Shown: piece after piece, positions 48,796-57,817 of the stretch
Layout of the letters: each line of letters opens with the position of its first letter
Numbering within the stretch: position 1 is the stretch's first letter
DNA from: a virus
DNA length: 64,000 nucleotides
Virus record (IMG/VR): IMGVR_UViG_3300036770_001413
Location: 1-64,000 of that record
Reading direction: 5' to 3' (one strand)
Position numbers and translations under genes: made by a program
Notes under the pieces: model-generated
Told to the model about the DNA's origin: nothing
What the model saw: the letters and a program-made list of their open reading frames with translations, nothing else
Databases searched by the model: none

Positions 48796-49851
48796 CTAAG
48801 ACCTTTCGTACCAGCCTTTATCCCATAGGGTTAAAAGGCGGCGGAAGTAATTATCATACTGTGGAGCAATAGCTTCTAATGAATATTTATTCTTTGCCGT
48901 CTCATATATAGTTCTGGGATCTAATTTCTTTACATCCTCTGCCGCCCTACAAAATTCATCAAGAGTTCTGCATCTATATCCAGTAACTCCATTTATATTT
49001 GTTTCTGTAAATGCGCCCCAGTCTGTTGTAATTGTAGGAGTCCCGCAAAAATGTGCCTCTGGCACAATGTTGCCAAATGGTTCTATGTATATAGTTGGAG
49101 CAAATACTGCTATTGCGCCTCCCATTAATTTTGCACGTTCTTCTGGTCCTACCGCCCCAACAAATTCTCCATATCCATCTTGTGGACCAGCACCTGCAAG
49201 AATTAGGCGCTTACCTAAAGCTTGGCAAACCTCTTGTGCGATTCTATATCCTTTGCGTTCAATTAGGCGGCCAATGAAAAGATAATAATCTTCCTTTTGT
49301 TCTTGAAGTGGGAACATGTGTGGTTCTAAATATCCTGGAATTACAGCATCAAAGAATTTACCATCGACGGCGGAAGCAAGATTATGCTGTGCATAAATAC
49401 TATGCATCCAAGCATATGATTCAAATACTCTATACTTAGCAAATGTTCCTGGATATCCTATTCCAAATTCTACAGACATATGATTTGGGAAATAATCTGC
49501 AATTGATTTTTGGGCGTAGCCGCCAATTAAACATATAAAATCTTTTTGCTGTATTCGCTTTGATAATTCTATAATTACTTTGTTATTATATTTAACCCAA
49601 TGAGACAGAGATGAATCAAATGATCCAGCTGTATAATGATTACCGTTTAGACTTTCTAATCTTTCCGTTTCGGAAATACATGGAATATGTTCATCAACGG
49701 GGGCGGAATTAAATTCGCCAGCATATAAAAATACTTCATGTCCCATATCTTTCATCATCATGCAGAAACGTCTTACCTTTTCAGTAAATGCACATGATGT
49801 AAATTCTAAAGTTGTATTTGTATGAGGTAATGATATTACATGAAAACGCAT
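48796..49851 (-). CDS. GT4-family (GT-B) glycosyltransferase
   Basis: YYLFIGRL.ERKG, EPFGNIVPEA..CGTPTITTDWGAFTE (E-x7-E motif). Confidence 0.92.
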   Translation of the reverse strand: MRFHVISLPHTNTTLEFTSCAFTEKVRRFCMMMKDMGHEVFLYAGEFNSAPVDEHIPCISETERLESLNGNHYTAGSFDSSLSHWVKYNNKVIIELSKRIQQKDFICLIGGYAQKSIADYFPNHMSVEFGIGYPGTFAKYRVFESYAWMHSIYAQHNLASAVDGKFFDAVIPGYLEPHMFPLQEQKEDYYLFIGRLIERKGYRIAQEVCQALGKRLILAGAGPQDGYGEFVGAVGPEERAKLMGGAIAVFAPTIYIEPFGNIVPEAHFCGTPTITTDWGAFTETNINGVTGYRCRTLDEFCRAAEDVKKLDPRTIYETAKNKYSLEAIAPQYDNYFRRLLTLWDKGWYERS

Positions 49852-49857
49852 GTATTT

Positions 49858-49886
49858 ATTGTAGCAAATTTAACAATTATTGTAAA
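49858..49886 (-). promoter_or_regulatory. Promoter TTTACA-N17-TACAAT (extended TG), 6 nt before GT4 ATG (leaderless)
   Basis: -35 49881-49886, -10 49858-49863. Confidence 0.75.
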
Positions 49887-49919
49887 TATATTGTGTTTTT
49901 ATTTTTGCATCCAGAATAA

Positions 49920-49964
49920 TCAAAGGCGGCCATTTCCAGGTAGACCTATAATTTGTATAATCAT
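49920..49964 (-). pseudogene. Truncated P-loop kinase start (MIIQIIGLPGNGRL*), possible adenylylsulfate-kinase remnant
   Basis: ATG 1 nt after upstream stop; hydrophobic strand plus GLPGxG then stop. Confidence 0.5.
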
Positions 49965-49965
49965 T

Positions 49966-50808
49966 TTAACCTATGATTTCGTTATAAATTGCTGTAGCCT
50001 CTTCTATAACTTCAGCTATTAGCGGATTACTTAAATCGATATCCGCATTTGAAGTAACATCATTTGGAAGGTTATAAGACATATTGTCTTCATTCATTCT
50101 ATCAATTACTTCTTGATTTGTAAATTCAGAAGGAAGCACCATTATTTTTTTTGCAATTTTATTTATAATTACAAAAGGATCCGATATTAGTGTTGAAAAA
50201 TCTACCACACATATATTATTTTTATTATCACGAATTAATTTCATCCACGCTAGATTGTCTGTTGCAACTCTAAAAATAGACTGTGTGTCTGATTGATCTA
50301 AATTTGAATACATTATTGTAGACTTGATAGAGTCTACTGGTGTTCTTACGGGAACAACAACAATATCAAACTTATTTACAGCTTCCGTAATACTTTTTTT
50401 ATTATGAAAAAAATTGTATCCAGTATACTGATCGCATTCTTTAAATACAAATCCTAATAGATATGAAAGGTATACATTTCCTGATCTTGGAAATCCGTCT
50501 ACAAGAATTGATGTCTTAGATACATCATTAACCTGAGACTCATTTGCTAAAGAAAGCCATTTTGTTTTTTCTTGTAAAAGTATAAACTCATCTTTTTCTT
50601 CATCATAAAAGCTGCCAAATCCAGCAAACATTTTTCTAAATTGATTATTATATGATGTTTGTATCCATGTTCCTTCTAAACCAATTGAAGCAATATAGTC
50701 TTTGCCAGCCTGCTCTGATTCTATTCCATCAACGATTAGATTACTATTATCTACTACGATAACATCAATTACCATATTATTTTCATTTAACCTTGCAAAA
50801 TGTGCCAT
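49966..50808 (-). CDS. Fusion: MAHFA-type fibre-associated domain plus sulfotransferase-like P-loop domain
   Basis: N-term MAHFA...VIVV...WIQTSYN; C-term GFPRSGN (5'-PSB-like) and VRTPVDSIKS (3'-PB-like). Confidence 0.7.
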   Translation of the reverse strand: MAHFARLNENNMVIDVIVVDNSNLIVDGIESEQAGKDYIASIGLEGTWIQTSYNNQFRKMFAGFGSFYDEEKDEFILLQEKTKWLSLANESQVNDVSKTSILVDGFPRSGNVYLSYLLGFVFKECDQYTGYNFFHNKKSITEAVNKFDIVVVPVRTPVDSIKSTIMYSNLDQSDTQSIFRVATDNLAWMKLIRDNKNNICVVDFSTLISDPFVIINKIAKKIMVLPSEFTNQEVIDRMNEDNMSYNLPNDVTSNADIDLSNPLIAEVIEEATAIYNEIIG

Positions 50809-52202
50809 TATACTACCACCCTTACTACTACGATTCCTGAACCACCATTACCAGCATTTCCGCCGCCTCCGCCTCCAGTGTTTGCAGTTCCTGCTGTGCT
50901 TGATCCACCTGCGCCACCTCCGCCACCAGTTCTATTATTTCCATATGTTGGATTTCCACCACTATATCCTCCGCCGCCTCCTGCATACGCAACATTAGAA
51001 CCAGTTCTTATGCTATTGTTTGTGCTTAAACCACCATTACCTGGGCGTCCTCCACCATTTCCATTTCCACCATCACCAGAATTTCCTTGAGTTGCACTTT
51101 CTCCTACGCCACCCATTCCTCCTCCGCCTCCGCCTGCGCCTTTCCAGTTGGCGTAATTAAACTCTTGACCATTGCCACCATTATAACCAGGATTTCCAGT
51201 TCCACCAGCAAGTGATCCAGTGTCGTAGTAACTCATTCCTCCGCCGCCGCCACAGCCACCATTTGCACCAGGAACCCATGTGCTAGTAACTCCAGCATAT
51301 GTTCCGCCGCCTCCGCCTCCAGGTGCTGTAAGGGTAGAAGGAAATGCTATAACAGAATTGCCTCCATTAACTCCTTTTGCGCTGCTAGATTGTCCAAGAC
51401 CACCAGAACCAACAGTTACTGCATATGAACCTGCTGGAACGCTAACGCTTCCAGTTAATAATCCTCCGCCTCCGCCTCCTCCTTGGCCTCCTCCTCCGCC
51501 GCCGCCTGCAACTATTAAGTAACTAATTGTTGATGTTGATAAAACATTTAATGTTCCAGAACCAGTAAAAGTATTTACTAAATAATTTGTTCCACCAGAT
51601 GAATATTGTGTTATTGTTCCACCATTAATTACAATATTGAATGTAGAACTTGATTGAGCTTCTGTTCCTAATCCAAGGAGTCCGTTAGCATCTTTGCTTA
51701 CCAGCAAAATATTACCATAATTATTATGCGTAGCACCGCCGATATTAACTGAAGTTTTAGGAGAAGTTGTAGTTGCCAAAGATGTGCTAGTGCCATTTCG
51801 GAAATATGCAACTGTATCCGTTGATCCAGATGGATTTGTCCATGCAATAGTTCCGTTTGTTCCACCAGTTAGAGTTAAAGAAACTCCTGTTGGAGCCGAC
51901 ATCATTGTATACGAACCAAGTCTTATATTAATATTTGCTGGGTAAGTCATCCCTGCTGGAATAACGATTTTTGTAGAATTTGTTGGAACTGATATATATC
52001 CTTTGCCACCTCTAATTGTTCCATTAAAAACATAACCACTATCTGTTCCAAAACCTAATGTAAATGAGGATTGCGAAGTGTCAGTTGTGATTTCATATAG
52101 TCCTGCCGCCAAAGGTGTAGATAAGGTATATGTTCCTGCCGCAGTTGCTGGGAATGTTTGTGAAGCTGCATCTCCAAAAAGAAGCGAGTAATTAATTGGC
52201 AT
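50808..52202 (-). CDS. Virion protein with C-terminal glycine-rich (polyglycine II) domain
   Basis: FT.SGTL...YLIVAGGGGGG...ANTGGGGGG...GGSGIVVVR; TAATG-coupled start 52202. Confidence 0.85.
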   Translation of the reverse strand: MPINYSLLFGDAASQTFPATAAGTYTLSTPLAAGLYEITTDTSQSSFTLGFGTDSGYVFNGTIRGGKGYISVPTNSTKIVIPAGMTYPANINIRLGSYTMMSAPTGVSLTLTGGTNGTIAWTNPSGSTDTVAYFRNGTSTSLATTTSPKTSVNIGGATHNNYGNILLVSKDANGLLGLGTEAQSSSTFNIVINGGTITQYSSGGTNYLVNTFTGSGTLNVLSTSTISYLIVAGGGGGGGQGGGGGGGLLTGSVSVPAGSYAVTVGSGGLGQSSSAKGVNGGNSVIAFPSTLTAPGGGGGGTYAGVTSTWVPGANGGCGGGGGMSYYDTGSLAGGTGNPGYNGGNGQEFNYANWKGAGGGGGGMGGVGESATQGNSGDGGNGNGGGRPGNGGLSTNNSIRTGSNVAYAGGGGGYSGGNPTYGNNRTGGGGGAGGSSTAGTANTGGGGGGNAGNGGSGIVVVRVVV

Positions 52203-52615
52203 TATCCTAATCTCCATCCATATGTAGAACCAGTATAAATTAAACTAGTCGCTACACCATTTACGTCTAATATTGCGTCTTGAACGCTACCATTAATTTT
52301 ACCACTATTTGAGTTAATTGTAATATTATACGTCCCCGCCGTTCCTGATGCATCAAATACTTGAATTTCATTTCCAACTGAAGGAGATGCTGGAAGAGTA
52401 AGAGTTCTAGCAGCAGTAGTATCTACAAAATATCTTGTTCCAGCAACTAAAGTAATATTAGAAGATATGGACTCATTTACTACCGCCGCTGGTCCTGTTG
52501 GACCAGTTGGTCCTTGTGGCCCTGTTGCGCCAGTTGGTCCAGTTGGACCTTGTGCGGCGGCTACGCCAACAGACTGCCATGCACTTCCATCCCATACTTT
52601 AATTAGTTTAGCCAT
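52202..52615 (-). CDS. Short collagen-containing fibre protein with T4 gp34-like repeat
   Basis: KVWDGSAW, GPTGPTG, YFVDTT...TLTLPASPSVG...Y.GSTYGW. Confidence 0.8.
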   Translation of the reverse strand: MAKLIKVWDGSAWQSVGVAAAQGPTGPTGATGPQGPTGPTGPAAVVNESISSNITLVAGTRYFVDTTAARTLTLPASPSVGNEIQVFDASGTAGTYNITINSNSGKINGSVQDAILDVNGVATSLIYTGSTYGWRLG

Positions 52616-52751
52616 TAGTTTCCTCCGCCGTCTTTATTTCATCCCAAACCGATTTTGGCATTGAGGTAAATTCGTTATTTCCCTTATCGATAATTATATG
52701 AGTAGATTTAGTTCCATCTGCATTTTCTACTTCAATTTCTTTAATATTCAT
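52608..52751 (-). CDS. 47-aa putative fibre chaperone (not in ORF track)
   Basis: MNIKEIEVENADGTKSTHIIIDKGNNEFTSMPKSVWDEIKTAEETNG; ATGA-coupled. Confidence 0.75.
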   Translation of the reverse strand: MNIKEIEVENADGTKSTHIIIDKGNNEFTSMPKSVWDEIKTAEETNG

Positions 52752-53878
52752 ATTACCAACTCCGCTGATAGTCCTAAATAACTTGTGCCGCTATTATAAC
52801 CCGTTAACCAAGCAGGACGATTTGCTGTTAATCCAGATGCATTTGCTCTAACGACAACAAATAATTCATTTTTATCACTTAAGGTGAAACTAGACGCTGG
52901 GCTATTAGTAGTGTGTAAGTCAGTAATTCTTAGATTAGAAGTATCTATGCTTGTTGGAGCAACTCGCATAGGTACAGGCAACTGTACAACAAAAGAACCA
53001 CCAGTTGTACTCTCCATAATACCAGAAGTACAAACTAAACCATAATTTGTTCCTGAAACTTGTCTCCAATAATATCTTTGGCAGGCAGCAAGTTCTAGAG
53101 CAGGATTTCCTGTTGCGGTAGTAAATGTAGTTGCTGTTGATCCAGCCTCAAGTTGCCATCCCCAAGTATCAAATGTAAATGTTGCACCTGAACCTGTAGG
53201 CATATTTAATCTTATTGCCAAGTTATCGTTGCCGCTTGTTCCTAAAGTTTTTCCAGATAATGATGGTAGGGTAGCTGTATAAGTATAGCGAGTCCAACTT
53301 GTTCCTATAGAAACATTTGTTGCTAAAACAGTTTGTGTATTAGATGATGGGCTTCCACCTAGCCCCATATCTTGAATTAAATCTATGAGTTCAACAGTCA
53401 TACTAGACGATGCTTTTGCCCAAAAACTAAATGTTACTGTTTGCCCAGCAAAGGTTCTAACACCTTCTATAAATTGTCTTAAAAGGTTATTACCAATACC
53501 AGCGGATGGGCCGACGCTTTGTGCATAGCGCAAAAAGAAACGACCCTCGTATCCAGATACTGGAGCACTGCCAGTTGTAAATGTTTGTTGTGAAATTGTT
53601 CTAGTTGCACCTGAACCTTCAACATAACAATTAAATCGATCTGCCAAATAAACACCTACTGAAGAGGCAGGGCTAAAACTTGTTCCTCGTTGCCAAATAT
53701 TGAAATCGCCGTTAATAATCTTATTTTTACCAGCAGCCCAATATTCCGATTCTTTTAAATATGCTGTATGTGGATCTGCGGCGGCAGCATGAGAAGCAAT
53801 AGAACTAGTTACTTCAGCATCAGTAGCCATATCAGTAGATGCTGTTAGTATTTTAGCTAGATCTCTAATTCTGCTCAT
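52748..53878 (-). CDS. Fibre protein with carbohydrate-binding-like domain (paralogue of 54079-55134)
   Basis: AGKNKIINGDF.IWQRGT...QLEAGS.AT.F...ELAACQRYY...AEL. Confidence 0.85.
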   Translation of the reverse strand: MSRIRDLAKILTASTDMATDAEVTSSIASHAAAADPHTAYLKESEYWAAGKNKIINGDFNIWQRGTSFSPASSVGVYLADRFNCYVEGSGATRTISQQTFTTGSAPVSGYEGRFFLRYAQSVGPSAGIGNNLLRQFIEGVRTFAGQTVTFSFWAKASSSMTVELIDLIQDMGLGGSPSSNTQTVLATNVSIGTSWTRYTYTATLPSLSGKTLGTSGNDNLAIRLNMPTGSGATFTFDTWGWQLEAGSTATTFTTATGNPALELAACQRYYWRQVSGTNYGLVCTSGIMESTTGGSFVVQLPVPMRVAPTSIDTSNLRITDLHTTNSPASSFTLSDKNELFVVVRANASGLTANRPAWLTGYNSGTSYLGLSAELVI

Positions 53879-53893
53879 TGTTCTCCTCCGTCC

Positions 53894-53902
53894 ATTTTAT
53901 CA
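53894..53902 (-). promoter_or_regulatory. Extended -10 promoter TGATAAAAT
   Basis: In gap ahead of SD GGAGGAG. Confidence 0.5.
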
Positions 53903-53917
53903 TATTATAAACTCCTA

Positions 53918-54082
53918 TTAGAGTGTTCCGCCTTCTTCGGCATCTGGGTTTTCTAGCCAGCGAAGATAGCGTTGATAGTCTGAGTTGGCTGGGTCTAGTG
54001 GGATTGACCAAGTTTTATTATCTTCATCTGTGCGAAGAATTACCTGTGAATTATTTTCATAAGTAATCAATTCATATTTCAT
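53918..54082 (-). CDS. 54-aa tail-fibre chaperone-like protein (not in ORF track)
   Basis: MKYELITYENNSQVILRTDEDNKTWSIPLDPANSDYQRYLRWLENPDAEEGGTL; IPxDPANSDYQxYLxW motif, ATGA-coupled. Confidence 0.8.
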   Translation of the reverse strand: MKYELITYENNSQVILRTDEDNKTWSIPLDPANSDYQRYLRWLENPDAEEGGTL

Positions 54083-55134
54083 AATTCAGAATTCACCTCA
54101 ATGTAATTTGTTGTGGCACCTGCACCATATAAACGACTAGCAAATCCTGGTGTTGCGCCAGATACATCTAGTCTAACTAACAATGTCTGAGTATCCTGGT
54201 CTTGAAATCCTATACCAAGTAAACCTACGCCGTCGTGACCAAATGTTGTGTATGCCGTTGATGATAAACTAGGTTGCACTCTTTTTTGAACCTTATAAGG
54301 AATGACGCCCAAAAATAAAGTGCTGCTATAACAACTTGTGTTGCAATATTGATGAGTGGCTAATCCAACATTTCCTATGCGCTCATAATACCTTTGGCAA
54401 GCGGCTAACTCCCCTGCGAGTGTGCCAGTTGCTGTTGAAAATGGAGTGGCGACAGAACCAGCCTCAACTTGAACTCCCCAAATATCTACTATGTGTGCAG
54501 CAGAATCTTCTTGTAAAATTGGTTGAATATTTAAATAACTATTAGACCCAATAGTTTTTCCACTCATTGAAGGCAATGTTACTGTTTGAGTATATCTAGC
54601 CCAAGATGTTGTTATATTAAAAGGGCTTGAATAATTATCTACATTGGAAGATCCACCTGATCCAAAAATTTGTCCCAGATAAGATCTATTTGATACTGTA
54701 GCGTCAGCTTTAGCCCAAAAAGATAGTGTTACTGTTTGTCCCGCCAAAGTTCTTACATCTTCTATTCTTTGCTGAATTGCATAATAGCTTCCGCTGGCGC
54801 TTTGTGTACTTCTTAAAAAATAGGTCCCTTCATATCCAGCAACTGGTGCGGAACCTGGAGCAAATGCTTCTCTAGATACAATAACGGTCTTATTAGTTGC
54901 GCCAATCCATCTATCTGCAGTATATAAACCATTTACAGAATTAAAAGTTGTTCCACGCTGCCAAATCCCAAAATCTCCGTTGATTATTTTATTTTTGCCC
55001 GCCACAAAATAATTACTATATGGGACAAGGGCGGAGGTATCATGAGTATGAGCCCCTACTCCAACTGGAACCCATGTATCAGTTCCTGCATCATAAACAT
55101 ATGCAGGCTTGCTAGTAGTTCCTACTGTTGGCAT
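54079..55134 (-). CDS. Fibre protein with carbohydrate-binding-like domain (paralogue of 52748-53878)
   Basis: Same conserved blocks; different N-terminal anchor and tip. Confidence 0.85.
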   Translation of the reverse strand: MPTVGTTSKPAYVYDAGTDTWVPVGVGAHTHDTSALVPYSNYFVAGKNKIINGDFGIWQRGTTFNSVNGLYTADRWIGATNKTVIVSREAFAPGSAPVAGYEGTYFLRSTQSASGSYYAIQQRIEDVRTLAGQTVTLSFWAKADATVSNRSYLGQIFGSGGSSNVDNYSSPFNITTSWARYTQTVTLPSMSGKTIGSNSYLNIQPILQEDSAAHIVDIWGVQVEAGSVATPFSTATGTLAGELAACQRYYERIGNVGLATHQYCNTSCYSSTLFLGVIPYKVQKRVQPSLSSTAYTTFGHDGVGLLGIGFQDQDTQTLLVRLDVSGATPGFASRLYGAGATTNYIEVNSEL

Positions 55135-55355
55135 TAGTTACCTCCTAATAATAATTGAGCTTCTTCTTCTGTAATTCCTAGCTTTTCTAATAGGGCTTGG
55201 CGTTTGGCTTGTGCTTCTGCCTTATCAGCCTCTACCTTTTCATTATACTCTTTCCAAGACTGAAACTTTTTTAGTTCAGATTCTGTAGCATCACGAACTA
55301 TGGTTTCGCCAGTGGTAATATTATGTTCAGCAATTTGCATATTAGTTTTCTCCAT
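55134..55355 (-). CDS. Small fibre chaperone-like protein
   Basis: HN..TGE..VRDAT..E...LLEKLGITEEEA.LLL. Confidence 0.75.
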   Translation of the reverse strand: MEKTNMQIAEHNITTGETIVRDATESELKKFQSWKEYNEKVEADKAEAQAKRQALLEKLGITEEEAQLLLGGN

Positions 55356-56610
55356 ATATTTCTACTGTAGCAGAAAGATTAGCCCCGCCTTGAAGTTGTA
55401 AAATTATTTGAGTTACGGCTGCTAAATCATTTGCAGTAAACCAGCCAGAAGTCATTTCACCGTGGTTTGCACCTTGCAAATAATATGCTGTCCAGCGACC
55501 CATTTTGTATGTTGTTGTATTTTTATAGTCATAAAGATCTATTACAAATATAGAGTCTCCGTTGGCACTTCTAAGCGAAGTTCCAGTAAGATTAACAAAT
55601 GCCTGTCCACCACTCACCTGAAATAGTGTATTGCTAGTTGTTTGAGCCGAGCCATTAGTCCAAAAAGCTTGTTGCGAATAAAAACTTGCTTGTCCCACAT
55701 CAAGGTACAGGGCTCCAGCAGTTGATGATGACATTGCTTCTTTTACCAAAATTCTAAGATTTTTATACGCTGTACTAATTCCAGTAATTGTGCAAGTAGC
55801 ATTTCCGCTATGATTTGTAGTACTAAGTAAAGTCCAGCCTTGAGAGTTAGTTTGCCATGATGGAACTCCGCCAGAAACCGACAAATACTGTCCGCTTGAG
55901 CCAATTCCCAGCCTAGCTGGAGTATTTGCAGCAGATGCATAGATAATATCACCTGTTGTTGTTGTTAATGTATTAGGAATAAATGCGGCATCTGCAAGAG
56001 TTCCATTTGTATCAAGCCAAATTTGTCCATCTGTTGCAGATTCTGGAGCGGCATCTTGAGTATACCCAGATACATTTACATTAAAGTTTGTTACTGTAAC
56101 TACTTCTAGAATATCATTTACTGCCGCCGCCTCAACAAGTGTTACAGTATTAGAATTTGAAGTTGTATAATCTGTTGTGCGGAGAAGCAAAAGTCCATTT
56201 AAATAAACCTGCTCATATCCTTCAATCCATGTATGTGAAGTTGTAAATACTGTTTGTGCCGCCGTTGCTGTAAATGATTGACGCTTTACAATGTTTGGAT
56301 CAAAGGCAGTTGCTGCCGAATCTGATTCTACCCAGATCTGTCCAACTACTGGACTTGTTGGGGCATCTGCAGAATATGAAGAACCCTTTACATCAAGAGA
56401 TGTTAGAGTGGTTGGGACATAATTTGTTCCCGCCGATGAAAATAAAACCTGACCCGCATTTGGCGATTGAGTTGTTCCAGTTCCGCCATATTGGGTCGGA
56501 ACATTAGTATGAGAATCTAAATTATTATTTGTGGCAAGAATGACGCCAGAATTGTGGGATAAGCCATTTACAAATAGCTTATTTTTGACCTTAAAGTCTT
56601 TATCTGCCAC
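55342..56610 (-). CDS. Mosaic virion fibre protein
   Basis: MADKDFKVKN anchor, GGTG, AP....GQIW repeats, VYLNGLLL...DYT domain, TTGDIIYA...RLGIG. Confidence 0.85.
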   Translation of the reverse strand: MADKDFKVKNKLFVNGLSHNSGVILATNNNLDSHTNVPTQYGGTGTTQSPNAGQVLFSSAGTNYVPTTLTSLDVKGSSYSADAPTSPVVGQIWVESDSAATAFDPNIVKRQSFTATAAQTVFTTSHTWIEGYEQVYLNGLLLLRTTDYTTSNSNTVTLVEAAAVNDILEVVTVTNFNVNVSGYTQDAAPESATDGQIWLDTNGTLADAAFIPNTLTTTTGDIIYASAANTPARLGIGSSGQYLSVSGGVPSWQTNSQGWTLLSTTNHSGNATCTITGISTAYKNLRILVKEAMSSSTAGALYLDVGQASFYSQQAFWTNGSAQTTSNTLFQVSGGQAFVNLTGTSLRSANGDSIFVIDLYDYKNTTTYKMGRWTAYYLQGANHGEMTSGWFTANDLAAVTQIILQLQGGANLSATVEIYGEN

Positions 56611-56641
56611 AGGATCACTCTCCCCTTTGGATTATATATAT

Positions 56642-56650
56642 ATTATATCA
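56642..56650 (-). promoter_or_regulatory. Extended -10 promoter TGATATAAT
   Basis: Upstream of the MADKDFKVKN gene. Confidence 0.6.
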
Positions 56651-56673
56651 GAATGGCATATTAAAGCCAAAGG

Positions 56674-57420
56674 CTAGTCAATTAAATTTTTACGAATCTC
56701 AGAAAGTATGATTTCTGGCATTTTTGCCTTTTTAGACATTAAGTATTTTTCTTTTAAAGACTTAAATCTTCCATAGCTAGATGGAGAATTTACCATTTCC
56801 CGCCCAATATTAAAAAGAGTATCTGACTGCATATATCTTTTTAAGATGACTTTTTTATCAGTTTTAAACTCAATATAAAAAAGTGGATCGTTTTGATTAA
56901 AAACCATTTCTTTTGTATCTAAAGGAATATGATAATCAAGATTAAATGTTCTATACCAAGAACCTATATCAAATTCTCCACACATTAACAATGCTCCTTT
57001 TGCTGGTGAATGCGGAGGAAAGTATGGAGACGTAAATCTTGCAACAACTGGCTCATCTGCAAAAAAAGTCCAGCACATATTATATTGGATATTAAAATAA
57101 TTATTTAAAGAAGATTTACGTGGCGTAAATGACGAAAGCAAGGATCCGCCATTTATTTTTTCATTATCTTCAAAGTGTCTATCTATATCAGAAATAATAA
57201 TTTTATCATCAAATTGCTGTCTCACGACATATATATTTTTAAACATATCGCTTACCGCTGGGCATGCAAAAAAATTATTAGAACCATTTTGTAAATTTTT
57301 ATTTTGTCTATACTCATTTATCAAACTTACTGGCTCTGCATATGCTAAAGCCCATGATTCTTTATCTGCAACATAGGCTGCTGGAGACCAATAAATTGTT
57401 ATCTCATCTTTATTTTTCAT
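56674..57420 (-). CDS. Hypothetical non-structural protein (moron-like, own promoter)
   Basis: CPA...GEFDIGSWYR...DPLFYI; Lys/Phe-rich unlike neighbours. Confidence 0.75.
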   Translation of the reverse strand: MKNKDEITIYWSPAAYVADKESWALAYAEPVSLINEYRQNKNLQNGSNNFFACPAVSDMFKNIYVVRQQFDDKIIISDIDRHFEDNEKINGGSLLSSFTPRKSSLNNYFNIQYNMCWTFFADEPVVARFTSPYFPPHSPAKGALLMCGEFDIGSWYRTFNLDYHIPLDTKEMVFNQNDPLFYIEFKTDKKVILKRYMQSDTLFNIGREMVNSPSSYGRFKSLKEKYLMSKKAKMPEIILSEIRKNLID

Positions 57421-57428
57421 ATAAATAC

Positions 57429-57457
57429 ATTCTACTATATGAAAATATAATTTTCAA
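57429..57457 (-). promoter_or_regulatory. Promoter TTGAAA-N17-TAGAAT, 8 nt before ATG
   Basis: -35 57452-57457, -10 57429-57434; no SD. Confidence 0.65.
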
Positions 57458-57463
57458 TAGGTA

Positions 57464-57817
57464 TTAAAACTTTTCTAATTCTTTATTTATTTTTTGCCAT
57501 GTCCAGTCTTGTGGATTCCATAGACCTACTGGAATCGTTTCCCATCCTGGCTCTAAATCATGCGTAATAGTTTCAATTAAATTAGTATTTGGATTTTTTA
57601 TTTTAAATGTTGATTTTCTATTATTATTCCAAGCTACTGCTGTAGGTAAAACAGAAACCCCTATGCCTAATTCTTGCATTAATTGATTTCTATTATTTTC
57701 TATTTCTTCCGTCCAACCAAATGGAATAAATTCTGCATTTTCTGGAGCCGTGTCAATCAAATCTTGAGCATCTCCATAAACATTATGAAATACATATATT
57801 TTATTTATATCTATCAT
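57464..57817 (-). CDS. Hypothetical protein coupled to glycine-rich fibre
   Basis: ATGA-coupled. Confidence 0.7.
   Translation of the reverse strand: MIDINKIYVFHNVYGDAQDLIDTAPENAEFIPFGWTEEIENNRNQLMQELGIGVSVLPTAVAWNNNRKSTFKIKNPNTNLIETITHDLEPGWETIPVGLWNPQDWTWQKINKELEKF

Noticed and set aside
57464-57817. Thioredoxin-like fold (GVSVLPT)
   Set aside because: No CxxC and only a single short motif
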